From Dudresnaya verticillata (taxonomy: Eukaryota), in the NCBI GenBank assembly GCA_977862235.1, contig OZ374565.1, positions 2,170,001 to 2,234,000 on the forward strand: a DNA stretch of 64,000 bases, written 5' to 3'. The position numbers and the translations under genes are program-made. Within the stretch, counting starts at the first letter, position 1; the number at the start of each line of letters is the position of its first letter. Below are positions 1-11,669 of the stretch, in pieces. A model generated the notes under the pieces. It saw only the letters and a program-made list of their open reading frames with translations, searched no databases and was not told where the DNA came from.

Positions 1-1256
1 TAGCGTCAGCCACCGCACGTTTTTCCACTCCGGGACAGTTGCACCTGAGCTTTTTCTGCGCTCTGTATTGTAGATGGTTACGAGATCCTCAATCTGGAAT
101 AGGTCCCAGGCGTGTTTTCCAGTCTGCATTCGACTCAGTGTCTCCGGACAAGGCGTACTGCCTGGTTTGTACTGGAACGGGTTTTCGTAGGAATTGCAGT
201 TGTGGAGGCATCGCACGAGGTGAACTACAACCCATACTTCTCCATCACGTTGTTGAGGCCCAAGGTTGCGCCCGTGCAGGTATGTGCTGAATCGCCCACT
301 GGGATCAACGGCACCCTCCCTAAAATCATGAGGTCGTAGCAGGGTTGCTGTAGCAACGTGTTCCCCGTTGAGAGTGAGCATGACTCGTGCGCCGGGCTTT
401 GTTCCGGGAAGCAGCTCATCGCCGAAGTCGTCGTCGTTCTGAACTGGAAAGCTTGCTGCTTTCGAAACCTGCCCAGATGAGGCTTGGGCCATGTCCTACT
501 ACCCCTTTCGGCAGGGGAGTCTGACCCTTTTGCAATGCACTAGTGCAACATGCTCCTTGCACTCAGGGCGGGCGAAGTGAAGGAGCAAAATCGATGTTCC
601 GGCTAGGGCGCGATAGCTGTGCGCTACTTGTTCTGAAGAGCTGAAATACTCGGGAGGGCCGAGGGCGCTTCTGAAACGACACCGATATAATACTGTTCCA
701 GAGGCGGTGGGGCGTTCTGCATGACAGGCTTGCGCATGCCCACAGTTGCTACGGATCCCAGTTAAAACGACTGGTATTGGAAGGGCTTGCCTCTCGCTCT
801 GTATGCACCACTCCATTCCGCCATACACTATAGCGCCAGTGCGAGCAAAACAGTCTGATTCGAGAGACGAGCGTGCCATGTTACCAATCAGAACGGACAA
901 GTCGCGAATCTCGAGTCCCCGTCAATCAAGAAGCAGAACTCGGTATCGCAAGGGTACGCCCTGCAGACTGCTCTATTCCGCCATGCGACCACAAGCGCGT
1001 AGTATTGATGGGCGTCAAGGATAAGAAATAGCATCGATAGGGGCTGAGAAGTAAGACCCCGGCTGCCGGCTGCGTTGATGTTTACGTCTCGATACCCGGT
1101 GATTTTTCTTGCAGAAGAAGGACAAGTCAATCCAATGAGCTGCCGTGGGCTACAGCTGGCTTTTCACCAGTTTGCGAACATGCACCAACCTGTGCATCAA
1201 GTACCAGTCTGCAAATTTGAAGTTCGCCGTGAGACAAACGTTCCAGACTCTACCTT

Positions 1257-1529
1257 ATGCACAACATGTATCAAGAGACAAGAGAAGGGAGGCTGCATTC
1301 CGCTCAGGAGAAGATAGCTACACTACAGGGGGAGATCAGGACCATTCGGGAGACGGTATCGTACTTGTCGCGTGAGCTTCAACGACTAGGGTGGCCAGTT
1401 GTGTGTCAAATCAACCGTCTGCTTGTCTTCATCCAGGAGAAACTTACAGAATCAAGAGTACATATCGCGGCTTTGCAGCGCCACCTTTCCCGCAGAAACG
1501 AGGAGTCTGAAGTCACGGAACAAGCCTGA
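1257..1529 (+). CDS. small hypothetical coiled-coil protein
   Basis: 90-aa ATG ORF with heptad-like I/L spacing (IATLQGEIRTIRETVSYLSRELQRL); its stop overlaps the next ATG (TGATG). No family recognised. Confidence 0.3.
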   Translation: MHNMYQETREGRLHSAQEKIATLQGEIRTIRETVSYLSRELQRLGWPVVCQINRLLVFIQEKLTESRVHIAALQRHLSRRNEESEVTEQA

Positions 1530-1798
1530 TGCAAACGGATGACATAAGTCTTGAAGATGTCGAAGCGCAACTCGTTGAGCTTGAAGAAGAATTCCAGCAA
1601 CTTAGGAGCGCTCAGGATGAGCTAAGTCAGCTGGTTGCCCGTCTGCAGCGAGCGGCTCTGCGCATGGTTGGCAGTGTCTTTCGCCGAGTTCATCGCAGTG
1701 TCACATTGGCCTTATCGCAGGCAATGTTTGCCCTGGAAACTGTGATCACATCCGTTGAGGCCCAAGCCAGCCCACGATCCTCCCGCTCCGAATCCTAA
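1529..1798 (+). CDS. small hypothetical coiled-coil protein
   Basis: 89-aa ATG ORF with an acidic heptad-rich helix (LEDVEAQLVELEEEFQQLRSAQDELSQLVARLQR); protein-like composition. Confidence 0.35.
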   Translation: MQTDDISLEDVEAQLVELEEEFQQLRSAQDELSQLVARLQRAALRMVGSVFRRVHRSVTLALSQAMFALETVITSVEAQASPRSSRSES

Positions 1799-2047
1799 AA
1801 GACCTGCTCCGAAACCGTTATGGCACGATAACCGCTATTAGTAAATCTCTCTGCGCGCACATCACCGCCCGGGCCGTTGTGCGCGCCTTTCCGCCGTGCC
1901 ACTCTACCACAACGCGTCCGCCTCGCTCTGCTCGCCAAAGCCGGTGCTCCGTTCATGTAACTGTAGATTTGCATACTCGGAGCTTTCCCGACGCGCCACA
2001 GGAGTTACAAGAGTGCAATGAGGTTGTGACCATAGCGCAAATCTCTT

Positions 2048-3077
2048 TCACATTGCGTTGAACGAGCCCAGAGGAGTGTCTGAGAGTGATTTAAAGGTAT
2101 AATACCTTGTCATACTATCGAAAGACGATCGAAAGACGCCGCGTAAGGCAGTCGGAAAATCTGCCTCACCCCCACCAACACCAGTACCAGCTTCTGATTG
2201 TTCAAAGAGGCAAGACGGCTTGCTATCTCCTACAGCCAACTCACATGCAGCGATAAAGTGGAGAGACGTAAATAATCCAGGCAGACATATTGGAATTACC
2301 TGCTCTTGCAAGCGTGTCCATAGGTCACTTGGAACCAATCCTCGAAACTGCGTCTCGAAGCGCGGATTTCCTTTCCGCATCTGTGGAACAGCCGTCAACA
2401 GCTGTAGCATTCTTCTCTCATACTTCATGGGCGTCATAAATGTCCATCTTTAAAGAACCAGGCTTATTTGGAGGAGCTTTTCCTTTAGAACACTTAGCCG
2501 GGGCAACGTCGCTAGTTTCGTTGGCAATATCATCCCCACTTAGTGAGAAAGAATAGGCTATTCTTAGCAGCTTGATATTTGGTCCTTCTAGAGGCAAGAA
2601 AGTAGTTGTCTATTGCCGCCAATGCTTCACGTACCTTTTGCCGTTCATGAGATAATGATATAACGTGTGCGAAGCAGCTGTTCTCTGGGTTTGAAAGGAA
2701 CATAGCAGCACATGTCTTACCCTGGAAACATGCTCATCATTGCTTTTGTAACCTGGAATCTTTTCGTAGATGACGTGTTCAATACCCTTAGCAGTGGCAT
2801 TGTCACCAGCATTCCTCAGTGCTGTATTTGCTTGAACAGGCACATCAAGCAACCACTTACGTCGCATTACCCGGGTTTCTGTTCTTTGTGATTCTTCGCT
2901 CCAGTCTGTCATTGTGCTAGACGCGGATTCGTCACGAGATTTTGGCAAAGCAAGGCCGAAGTCTTCGTCTTCTCCAGTATGCGAGTCACCAACACTACCA
3001 CCCTCCTGGCTTTTGCGCTGCTTGGATGTCACGCCCAGCTTTCTATTATAGAAACAGCTTTCTATTATAGAAACCAA
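2048..3077 (-). pseudogene. decayed gene of unknown family
   Basis: Two consecutive protein-like minus-strand ORFs (2610-3077, 2048-2437) separated by a stop and frame change; no motif recognised. Confidence 0.25.
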
Positions 3078-4310
3078 TGACCTGCCTTAGAGCGGCATTT
3101 CGTAGCAAATAGTCCCGGTCTCGCAATTGTATTGCAAGATGATTTAGCAATCCGTCGCTCGCGACCTCAACTGCCGCGCCAATTGCCACAACCATTGCGT
3201 CTCTAACTTCTCATTTGTTGTACAGAGGCGTTCAGCATGTTGCAGAGAGGGACTTGAAGGTCCTTCGCACTCGCGTTGACAACGCGCTCCGCTCATTAGA
3301 CAGTTGAAGATGATTATTCCAACGGGTACCAACGGCGCCAACGAAGCATCCAGAAATGTATCGCTCAGATCCTCGCACTCGTCGTCAAAAGACGCAAGGA
3401 TGTTAGAGAACAACCGCGCAAGCTTTCATGGGTGATGTTGTCGCCTTAATGTGCGCAGAGAGAAAATTGACACACGATGCCGTCATCGTCGCAGAAGATT
3501 GCAAAAGTCTTGACGGTTGCCATATGCTCCAACGACAAAAAGCGATAGACCTCCATGTCATCTTTTGGCGAGACGATAAGAGTAAGCTGCTCGATAAACA
3601 GCTAGCAGACTTGGTTGATCTTATGCGGAGAGCTCGGCGGGTCTGGGGCTCTAATACGCGCAATCGCAGCCCGTGCGCACGCAGCAGGCACCCTGACGTG
3701 ATCTGAATCATGTGACGCGAACTTGTCCGCGGAAAGCACCTCATCCAGGCTACGCAGGTTATCCCCCTCCGCCCGCAACTACCTCTCCGCAGGATTGCCG
3801 GCCTGCTTCGCCGCACTAACATTGTCGATACCACCCAGTCGCTGAAGCGCGGCATGCAGCAGGGCACGTGTCGAAATCACCGAAACGCGAATGCCAGGGC
3901 GACCGGGAGAGGGAGAGGGAAAGCCACCCTGGCACTGCACTGATACCACAGCCTATTGCAGCCGCCTGGCACACCCACCCACCGCCGTTTGGCAGACTGC
4001 ACCCGCCCTTCCGCCCACCCTTCTGCCACCCCACCGCGGCCGCAACCTCCCACCCCACCAAGTTCTGCGAGCGATGTGATGCGCGGTAGAAGAAACCCAC
4101 GGGCCGCCGAAAAGGCCGATGAAGCTGCCGATGAAGCTGCACACTTTGCAACGTCACGCGCAGAAAGTCGGTTCAGCATTAACTATGAATGCCACAAGCG
4201 CTTGGTTGGCACGGGCGCCAAACGCTTCTCGTGCGCCGACGGTAAATTGCGAGAGGTATTCCGAGACAAATCTCGTAGCACAAATCCGGAGCGATTTATG
4301 CCGCGCGAGC

Positions 4311-4592
4311 CGAAAACCTATCTTGCATTCTCCATAATACGGAATAGGTCCTGGGCTCGAGCAACCGTAGTTTCTAGTAAACAGGTGTTTGGCCCGAGGC
4401 AATCGCAAAACCTATGATAGCTTTTCGACCAGTGAGATTCAGAAAGCTATTGAACAGCACATGAAGCCTCGATTTTCGTAAAACCTATCATAGCTTTTGA
4501 GATCTCGGGATGCGCATGACCTGTTTAATAGAAATTTACGTGCGGCTTTCCGAAAAGCTGTTGGTCATTCTCCATAATTTGTGATAGGTTTG
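4311..4592. repeat. cluster of short iterated direct and inverted motifs
   Basis: AAAACCTAT x3 plus inverted ATAGGTTT; ATAGCTTTT x2 plus inverted AAAGCTAT; CATTCTCCATAAT x2; imperfect ~20-bp inverted repeat 4367-4386 / 4519-4539. Confidence 0.7.
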
Positions 4593-5089
4593 CACACGAT
4601 TGGAGTAATTTGGGAACGACCGACACTCGTCCCGCAGCGAAGCGCAAGTGTCTTGCGCGAGTACAATCACCTACAAATTATAGCTCTGGTTTCACATATC
4701 TGTGCGGGTCACAGAACTCGAGTGCTGTGACCCGCCTCGCTGCTACAGTACTGCTGATACGTTACTACCTGTACTACGGTATCGGGGCTGTGAATGCAGC
4801 AGTCTCACTCGGGCTTGTTGGCAGATCTTCCGTGTCGCTCCACATTCATCACATGAGCTGAAAGAGCGTCGGTCGGACTCTGCAGATCCTTGTGAAGGAA
4901 ACCTTGCTGCGTAATTGCGACCGAGCGAGGATGCACCTTTTGCGCTGTGGACTTGTACAGGGATGGTGCTGTCGGCGGCAGTATATGGCCTCCTTGGAAG
5001 AGCAGCATGTGCTTATGGCTTGCGATACCACGCACTGGCGTAGCATACTGTTCAAGCGAACGATTCTTATGCTCAACATTGCTTTAATC

Positions 5090-8023
5090 TCATTTCTGCT
5101 CGCATCGCGCGTGGGCTTCCATCGCATGGAGATCCCAGGCAAAGAATCCGTCTACCCCACCTAGGCTCGTGGCAGGGCGGCCGTTCGGAACATGAAAGTT
5201 ATACGGATACGCAAACGTGGTAAAGGATGAATCACATTCGAAGGCGTAAACCGCAATGAGTTCCTGTCCTGCCTTTTCGTATTCCGACAGGGGCTTCAGA
5301 TGAATCTGCTTGCGAACCTTTTCTTCAGAAGTTGCCTCGAATTGGACTTTTGCCTTCCCAACAACGTTCTTCCCGACGTACAGAACAACAGCATCGCCTC
5401 CTGCAATACAATCCGAATCCTTCTCCGCCTCATTCCCCAGCCGTTTCTGTTGCGGAATTTCCACAGCTGCTCCCTGGTCTTCTCCCAGGGCCTGTTCCTC
5501 TCTACCACACAGTGGTGTTCCTTCCCTCCCATCCGACAATTTTCGATGATCACCTGCTATCCTTTTCAAGCATGCAAGTGCAAGCCTGTACGTCTGTAGA
5601 CTCTGATCTATGCAGGTGCACTTCCTACCAGTCTGCATAGCTGCAATTGCAGTTGTCATCGTTCCGGCATACATGTCCAGAATGGCACCTCCCTCAGGGC
5701 AGAAGGTCGTCAACAATTCCACTAACAGCTGAACATTCTTCTCCTCCGTAAGCACCGGAGATTTGGTACCCGGTTTAAGAAGCTTCTTCTTAGAAACAGG
5801 AATTTGGGAGATGCATGCAAACTTTCTCTTTTCGGAGGCCTTCACAAATTGGTACGGGCTTCGAAGATCCACTTTAAAACCGTTGGGGTGTTGTCCTGGG
5901 GCTCTTCCCATGACGGCAATTTCGTGGCCATTTTGGGGACAGTCATTTCCTCGCCTCTCCTGCACCGTGTGTGTATCCTTTGCAATCGAAAAGGCGTAAG
6001 TTGGGCAAATGAATCCGGCCTTGAGAAGAGCCTGCCTTATAGGTTCGAATGTCTAGTAGGACGCGAACATGAACACCCACCCTCCCGGCACAACGGATTG
6101 CCTGCACATTTCTGCAAGCTCAGATATTTCAGAATCACTCATATAGTTGTCGTACTGTTTCCCTGCACCGGACTGTGATGCAGGCGTTCCATACGGTGTG
6201 TCGGTAAGAACTGCGTCGTATAGGTCCCCAACACCCTCGCGAACATTCTTGTCGAATATCTGCCACCGCATCTGATGGCAGGTTATTCTGAACGACTTCA
6301 GGATGTCGGCTTCCAAATTGTGGTGAGATTTATTCTTGTCCCCACGTACAGCCAGACTCTCGGACTTTTCCGTGTTCACTGTCGCTGCAGATTTTACAGC
6401 GGACCCCTGCACATCTTCCGCATCGTCACAGAGACAGTCTCCGGTCGAACCAAGGTCCCCACTGCAAGGTAACGGCTCTAGAATGGCAGAAGGAGAGGAT
6501 ACGTGTTCATGTTCTTCCTGTCCATCTCGGGGATGGTCCTTGTTTCGAACGGTCGTTACCTGATCGGAATTCACACACCCCGAATCTTGCACTCCCGTCG
6601 CAATTCCATTCAAAACCTCCTGATCCAAAGCCATCTCCTCGTCGCCCTCCTTTCTATTCTTTTCTATAACAGCATTGTACTTGTGGATCTTCAGGGGGGC
6701 CTCTTCCGGGCAACAGTGCTTGTACATATCCAGAATGCACTGCAAAATCAATGTGTCGTTGTCCCTGTTAAGCATGAAATCGCCATCCAACTTTTGGGAT
6801 CGCAGAAGATTTGTCCGCATCGTGTCCATGGGACCCAGCCAGTCCTCAGATTCACGAAGGCCTTCGAATTTGCGAACCTCTGCTAGCGCATCTTTAGCCT
6901 TCCCGAACTCTGATTTGGTGACCCCGTAAAGAACGGGCCTGAACCCGTTCTTCCTGCATACTTCTCGAATGCGGTAGAGTTTCGAGACCTGGACTTCCAC
7001 ACCCTCATCATGTACCACGCCACTCATTTGGCCCGCGCGCATGAACTCTGTGGCAGCCTTCAGTGAGTTCAGAGTAATAAACTTCCGGAAAACCCGGCAG
7101 TCCATCGACGACATCAGGGCATCGTCTGCTACTGATTTAGCAGTTCTTCCATTTCGTGAAGCCAATGCAAGCTGCGGTATTTCTTACCCCATTATCTCCC
7201 CTATCGCATCGATGACACGATGAATTAGTCGGAGAGCTACTTGCGCTGTCTGCTTCACTGTGTTCTCGTGCATATGAACACCCCCATCGTAAGCGGACGC
7301 AACCACTTTTGCTGTCGGCTTGATACCATTTCCCTCCGCTTGAAGGCGATCAGCCTCATCTTTCAGACCCTTCAATGTGTTATACAGGGTAGTTTCCACG
7401 AAGCAGGTTGCCTCGTGCTTACGATTCTGATGTCTAGCGAATTGCTTCAGGACCACCAGGTCGGTCCGCGGGTTCAGCTCCAGCACAGGCCAGTCAAAGG
7501 TTTTCCACTGGTTGTAGTTTTCTTCAAGCAGCTCACGAATAGCTGCCAATCTATGCATTCCATCAACTACTCCGTACCATTTCCCCCTCGATTTCACAAT
7601 GTCCTGAACTTCTTTCTCGGAACGACGCGTACAGTCCTTCCTTGTTTGTGACCTGAAATAATCGGACACACGGCTTCTCAATGGCCCTGTCAATGGCACA
7701 ACGACAGGCATATCACTACCAGCCACGTAACCGATAGAGTCCGGAGCTCCTTCCACGGGAGACTTCAATGTCCCTGAACTGTACCGGTCGGTCCCCCGGA
7801 AAATGCGTTTCAATCGCTCGACGCCCGATCTGCAGATCGGGCGGACGTAGGTCAACGGGACACATGAACGAGGGTCGACTCGCTTGTGCGTAGCTCCATT
7901 AACGACATCTCCGAACAGAACTCTATCATTCCCAGATGATACAGGCGCTTTTACGTCTGCTGAGGTCTGTCCTGTGTTGGATACAGACCTCACCGCCACT
8001 CCCTTCTTCTTTTTCGGTGGCAT
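5090..8023 (-). pseudogene. ParB/Srx-like domain + beta-class N6A/N4C DNA methyltransferase fusion, with two nonsense codons
   Basis: ORFs 7184-8023, 6053-7165 and 5090-5965 share one frame, separated only by TAA (7184-7186) and TAG (6053-6055). Motifs: MPPKKKK NLS; ParB/Srx VVDGMHRLAAI; motif IV YDAVLTDTPYG then PGGWVFMF; motif X-I FCPEGGAILDMYAGTMTTAIAAMQTGRKCTCID. Motif IV before motif I is the beta order. Confidence 0.85.
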
Positions 8024-8756
8024 ATTTCTCAGGCTATCGTGTGCACCGGTAAGCCGAAGTTCTGGATGGGATGTCTCAATGAATTCTGACTACTGCCTTT
8101 GTCGGACACAGCTTTCCGCCCTTGCCCCATACATACATGTACAACGCTTCCCACTGCATGAGAGAAAGAATGTGCATTAAATTAAAACCATGTGACCCAG
8201 CCGCTGTCATTGACCTCATCCGCTTGTGCATGGATTTTGCTCATACCAATCGTGGACAGATACATGCTACAGTCTCGGTACTAAATTCTCCAGTCTCAGG
8301 ACTGCGAAACCCGACCAGTATGTGACTACTATGAGGGGTCTGCAGTACAAGAGAGATCCGGGCTGCAGTCCGTACAGTAGTCCTATGCTACCCGAAAAAC
8401 AGGCTGCGAGATATTCACGACCAAATCATGCGCATGGTTGCGAGTCGCAGGTCATACGATTGTATAGGGATAGCAATTTGGATTGAGCTCCTATCCACAC
8501 TTAAGGTTAGACCACGCGTTGGCGCCAACTCGGTACCAACCGAAACTGTCTCGGGTGACTATGGTGACACTGCGTATCTTGATGCCTCTCTGTACATTTG
8601 TGCAGAAATGCCTGCACCCTTAAAGTCGGACTCTCCACCCTTTTGTGCACAAATCATGAGCGCTGGAATCTCGAAACCAGGCGCTTCAAAGCCACCCGTA
8701 CTCATTTTAGCGAATGCCAGAGGTTGCACCTATTCCGTGGAGTACTACTGTTAAAA

Positions 8757-9203
8757 ATGTCGTCGCACAACGCTTCTGGAGGGAGAGAAGAAGTCGACAA
8801 CTCACAAGGCGAGACCCTGAACCTACACGATTTCAAGAACTCGGGAGGAGAGAGCTTAAAGGAGGCAGTCGAGCGTATGGGAGAGGAGAGGTTTGTGGGT
8901 ATAGTCAGTCGGGCAAGACAGCGTCAGATGCATATCGTCGGGTTGGAAGAGCTAGGAATACGTCTCTATGACACGTCTATTTTCAAAGCGTTTCATGAAA
9001 GGGTGTACGGCGTCAGCGCAATTGAAAGTGCAGACTTCTCCGTCTCTCAGCAGTACTTCGACGGAAACTATAAGTTCAATTACAGAGGAAAGAAATTTCA
9101 TGAGCGGCGGAGGATAGAAAGGCTGACTCTGCTGGACCTATGGAAGGGCCCTCACTGTGGATGTATGGATGGTGAGGGAGATAAGTCCGAGGGAAATCCG
9201 TGA
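8757..9203 (+). CDS. hypothetical protein
   Basis: ATG in AAAATG context, 148-aa protein-like ORF, divergent from the MTase gene. Confidence 0.4.
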   Translation: MSSHNASGGREEVDNSQGETLNLHDFKNSGGESLKEAVERMGEERFVGIVSRARQRQMHIVGLEELGIRLYDTSIFKAFHERVYGVSAIESADFSVSQQYFDGNYKFNYRGKKFHERRRIERLTLLDLWKGPHCGCMDGEGDKSEGNP

Positions 9204-10093
9204 CGCCTAGCGAACCTGATTAGACGTAGCACCGGGTGCTGCGTTCATGTGCCATTCTTGAAGAAAAGGCTACAAGATCTGAAAGAAGCATTGGAGTGAT
9301 GGCGTTAGCCAACAGTTTGATAAAGTTCTATTTCCTGTGTCCTAATAGTGGGAGTGTACAACCTAACCATTTGTGACTACTATCACATTCATTATTTCAC
9401 TGCTCCTGTAATAGAACGACTGCGTTCATCATACGGAACAGTATAGGACAATTTTGTGTCATGGGGACGAGTACGTCTACTACTCGGACGACAGTCTCTG
9501 GATCCTCTGACGGATTACAGCAGGGTGACGGGATCAGTTCCTGTACTAGCATCGTCGTATTGTGGATCAATTTCCGTCGTCTTCGTAACAGTTTGATTAG
9601 TATATTACGTCATTAGTCAGGTGACATCATAATTTACGCGTGGTATTGACCTGTGCAGATAAACCGGGAACGACCCCTGATGATTCAGCAGACACTCCCT
9701 GCCATAAACGTAATTCTTGAGGGCCTCAGGGCCATCCATGGGCATGGTGTACAATAGGAACCGTACAGGCATAACGTTAATACGGTCAAGCGTCTCGACC
9801 CCTATTTGTCCCTAAGAGACCCCGCTCCGTTAAAACCGTACAGTGGCGTAACTGCGCATAGTATTCCATTTTCTAACCCGTGTTCGTCATCCAACAACAT
9901 CTATAACACTATAATAACGTGTGCGTCAGACACAGAGCACTTCCCGCCAATACAACATCGCAACTGTTGCGGTCAGTTTGCTCCTCGTAACATTCTTGTG
10001 CAGGAAAATCGTGGACATGGGTTTACGGGTCATATAAAACATAGTTGCTGCTTCAAGGGTCCTGTTGCATGTTGCACAAAGCGCTCCTCTTCT

Positions 10094-10657
10094 ATGCAAC
10101 CAAACATTTCACCAACCATGTCTATTGTTAGCGTGGATCGCGACGGGGCACCATTCGATGGAAAATGCCAGGACGAGTCAATTGAGGATCACCTTGATGC
10201 CATGTTCAAAACACTTGACGGGAGTTTGTCCATGAAGATGGCCCGAAAGTCGAGGCAGTGGGCTCACGAAGCTTTGAGTGAATCAGGCATCGAACTGGTC
10301 GAGGGCAGGGACAGTGAAGCTTTTCAACGTTTCTGCCAGAATCTGTCGCACGCTGAAGCGCGAAACCACAGACACGAGACAAGGAGTCTTAGCGAATTGT
10401 ATCGCCTACTACGCCGAAAAGTCCGAATGGTAAAGGAGGGAAGCTATGCAGGGGAAAATGCTCTGCTACTGGAATCTTATATATCTGAGACAGTCCACGG
10501 GGCTGGAGAAGAGGTTTTTCATTTGGGCCGGTTCTGCCGTCTATTACTCAAGACCAGATATGTAGAGATGAATGAAAACACCGCAAGGGGGATGCGGTTG
10601 CTGCAAGTCAGGCATCTCACAGTTCAGGTCAACAATTTGACTCGAATGTACGAATGA
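10094..10657 (+). CDS. hypothetical helical protein
   Basis: Protein-like ORF (start 10094 or 10118) with a TATAAAA box at ~10033. Confidence 0.45.
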   Translation: MQPNISPTMSIVSVDRDGAPFDGKCQDESIEDHLDAMFKTLDGSLSMKMARKSRQWAHEALSESGIELVEGRDSEAFQRFCQNLSHAEARNHRHETRSLSELYRLLRRKVRMVKEGSYAGENALLLESYISETVHGAGEEVFHLGRFCRLLLKTRYVEMNENTARGMRLLQVRHLTVQVNNLTRMYE

Positions 10658-11164
10658 GGCGCTCCGTGAAGGTATTAGCAGCAGTAGTACTACTACCACC
10701 ATGAAAAAAGGCAGTAACGATTGGATAGTCTGTCGTTTCCTTGCTTTGTGAGCTCAGGGGTTCTTTTCCTCTTCCCATACATTAAAGGCTGCAAGAAAAC
10801 CGCTGGCACTACATTGTCCAACTTTTACCCAGCAACAGGTACCTTCATCCCCAGAAGTAAACTATGACGACATCCGCGTGACATACGAGAATTCCAAAAT
10901 ACTTCGAGACGAGGTCCAACAAATGCAACGTATGGTGCCAGGTGCACAGATCGAGGAATTGGTGCCATGACACATTGCCTTTTGCGAACGTCACAGCGAA
11001 TAACAGGACTTGGACTTTTCCATGTAGATGAGCAGTAAAGGATTTCCATTACTGTCGACATTTATCTCTTGACTTGACGCGCCCAACCCCTGCTGAGATA
11101 CTTGTTCCAACTCCACCAGGTGACCGGCTTTGTCTGCGACAGTCCACAGTCTACAGAATTAAAG

Positions 11165-11479
11165 ATGGAAGTCGACCTGCATCCCCCTGCACATCCAACA
11201 CCTACCATGACCCGCAACGCAATCCGACAAGCATACGAACAAGTGGTACTACTTCGCATCGATGTGCGCGCCCAGCGCGACATCGTGAAGGACTGTTTAA
11301 GGGAGGCTCGCGAGTGCATGGAGGAATTCAAATTCCTCATGCACTGCTACCGCCACTTGAGGCGGGAAGCGACGGCGGTTAGGACGGCTGTCGCCAGAGC
11401 TGTGCGCTCGGTATGCGCGGAGCTGTGGAGCTGTACGAACCCCTTAAGCAGCGAAGATGAAGAGGAGTTAATAGTGTAG
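11165..11479 (+). CDS. small hypothetical coiled-coil protein
   Basis: 104-aa ATG ORF, amphipathic helix with an acidic tail. Confidence 0.4.
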   Translation: MEVDLHPPAHPTPTMTRNAIRQAYEQVVLLRIDVRAQRDIVKDCLREARECMEEFKFLMHCYRHLRREATAVRTAVARAVRSVCAELWSCTNPLSSEDEEELIV

Positions 11480-11669
11480 TGAGAATGTCAAGTGATAGCA
11501 ATGAATAGATAGAGTAGAAAAAGGGGTTGAGTAAATTTACTGAGGCTGATGAACTCTTTTATGAACGCACTTCCCGCTTGGCAAGCGGGAGGCTGGAAAA
11601 TGGCTATGTTACAGCAATACGGAACCGCGAGGAAGACGGACGTGGACAGTGTCGTGTTGGGAGGAGGAT

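Noticed and set aside
7171..7187. Intron removing the TAA in the MTase gene (GTAAG...CAG on minus)
   Set aside because: Only 16-17 nt long and it would shift a frame that is already continuous.
11472..11481. CACTA terminus (TAGTGTAGTG)
   Set aside because: Overlaps an ORF stop; no matching TIR, TSD or adjacent subterminal repeats.
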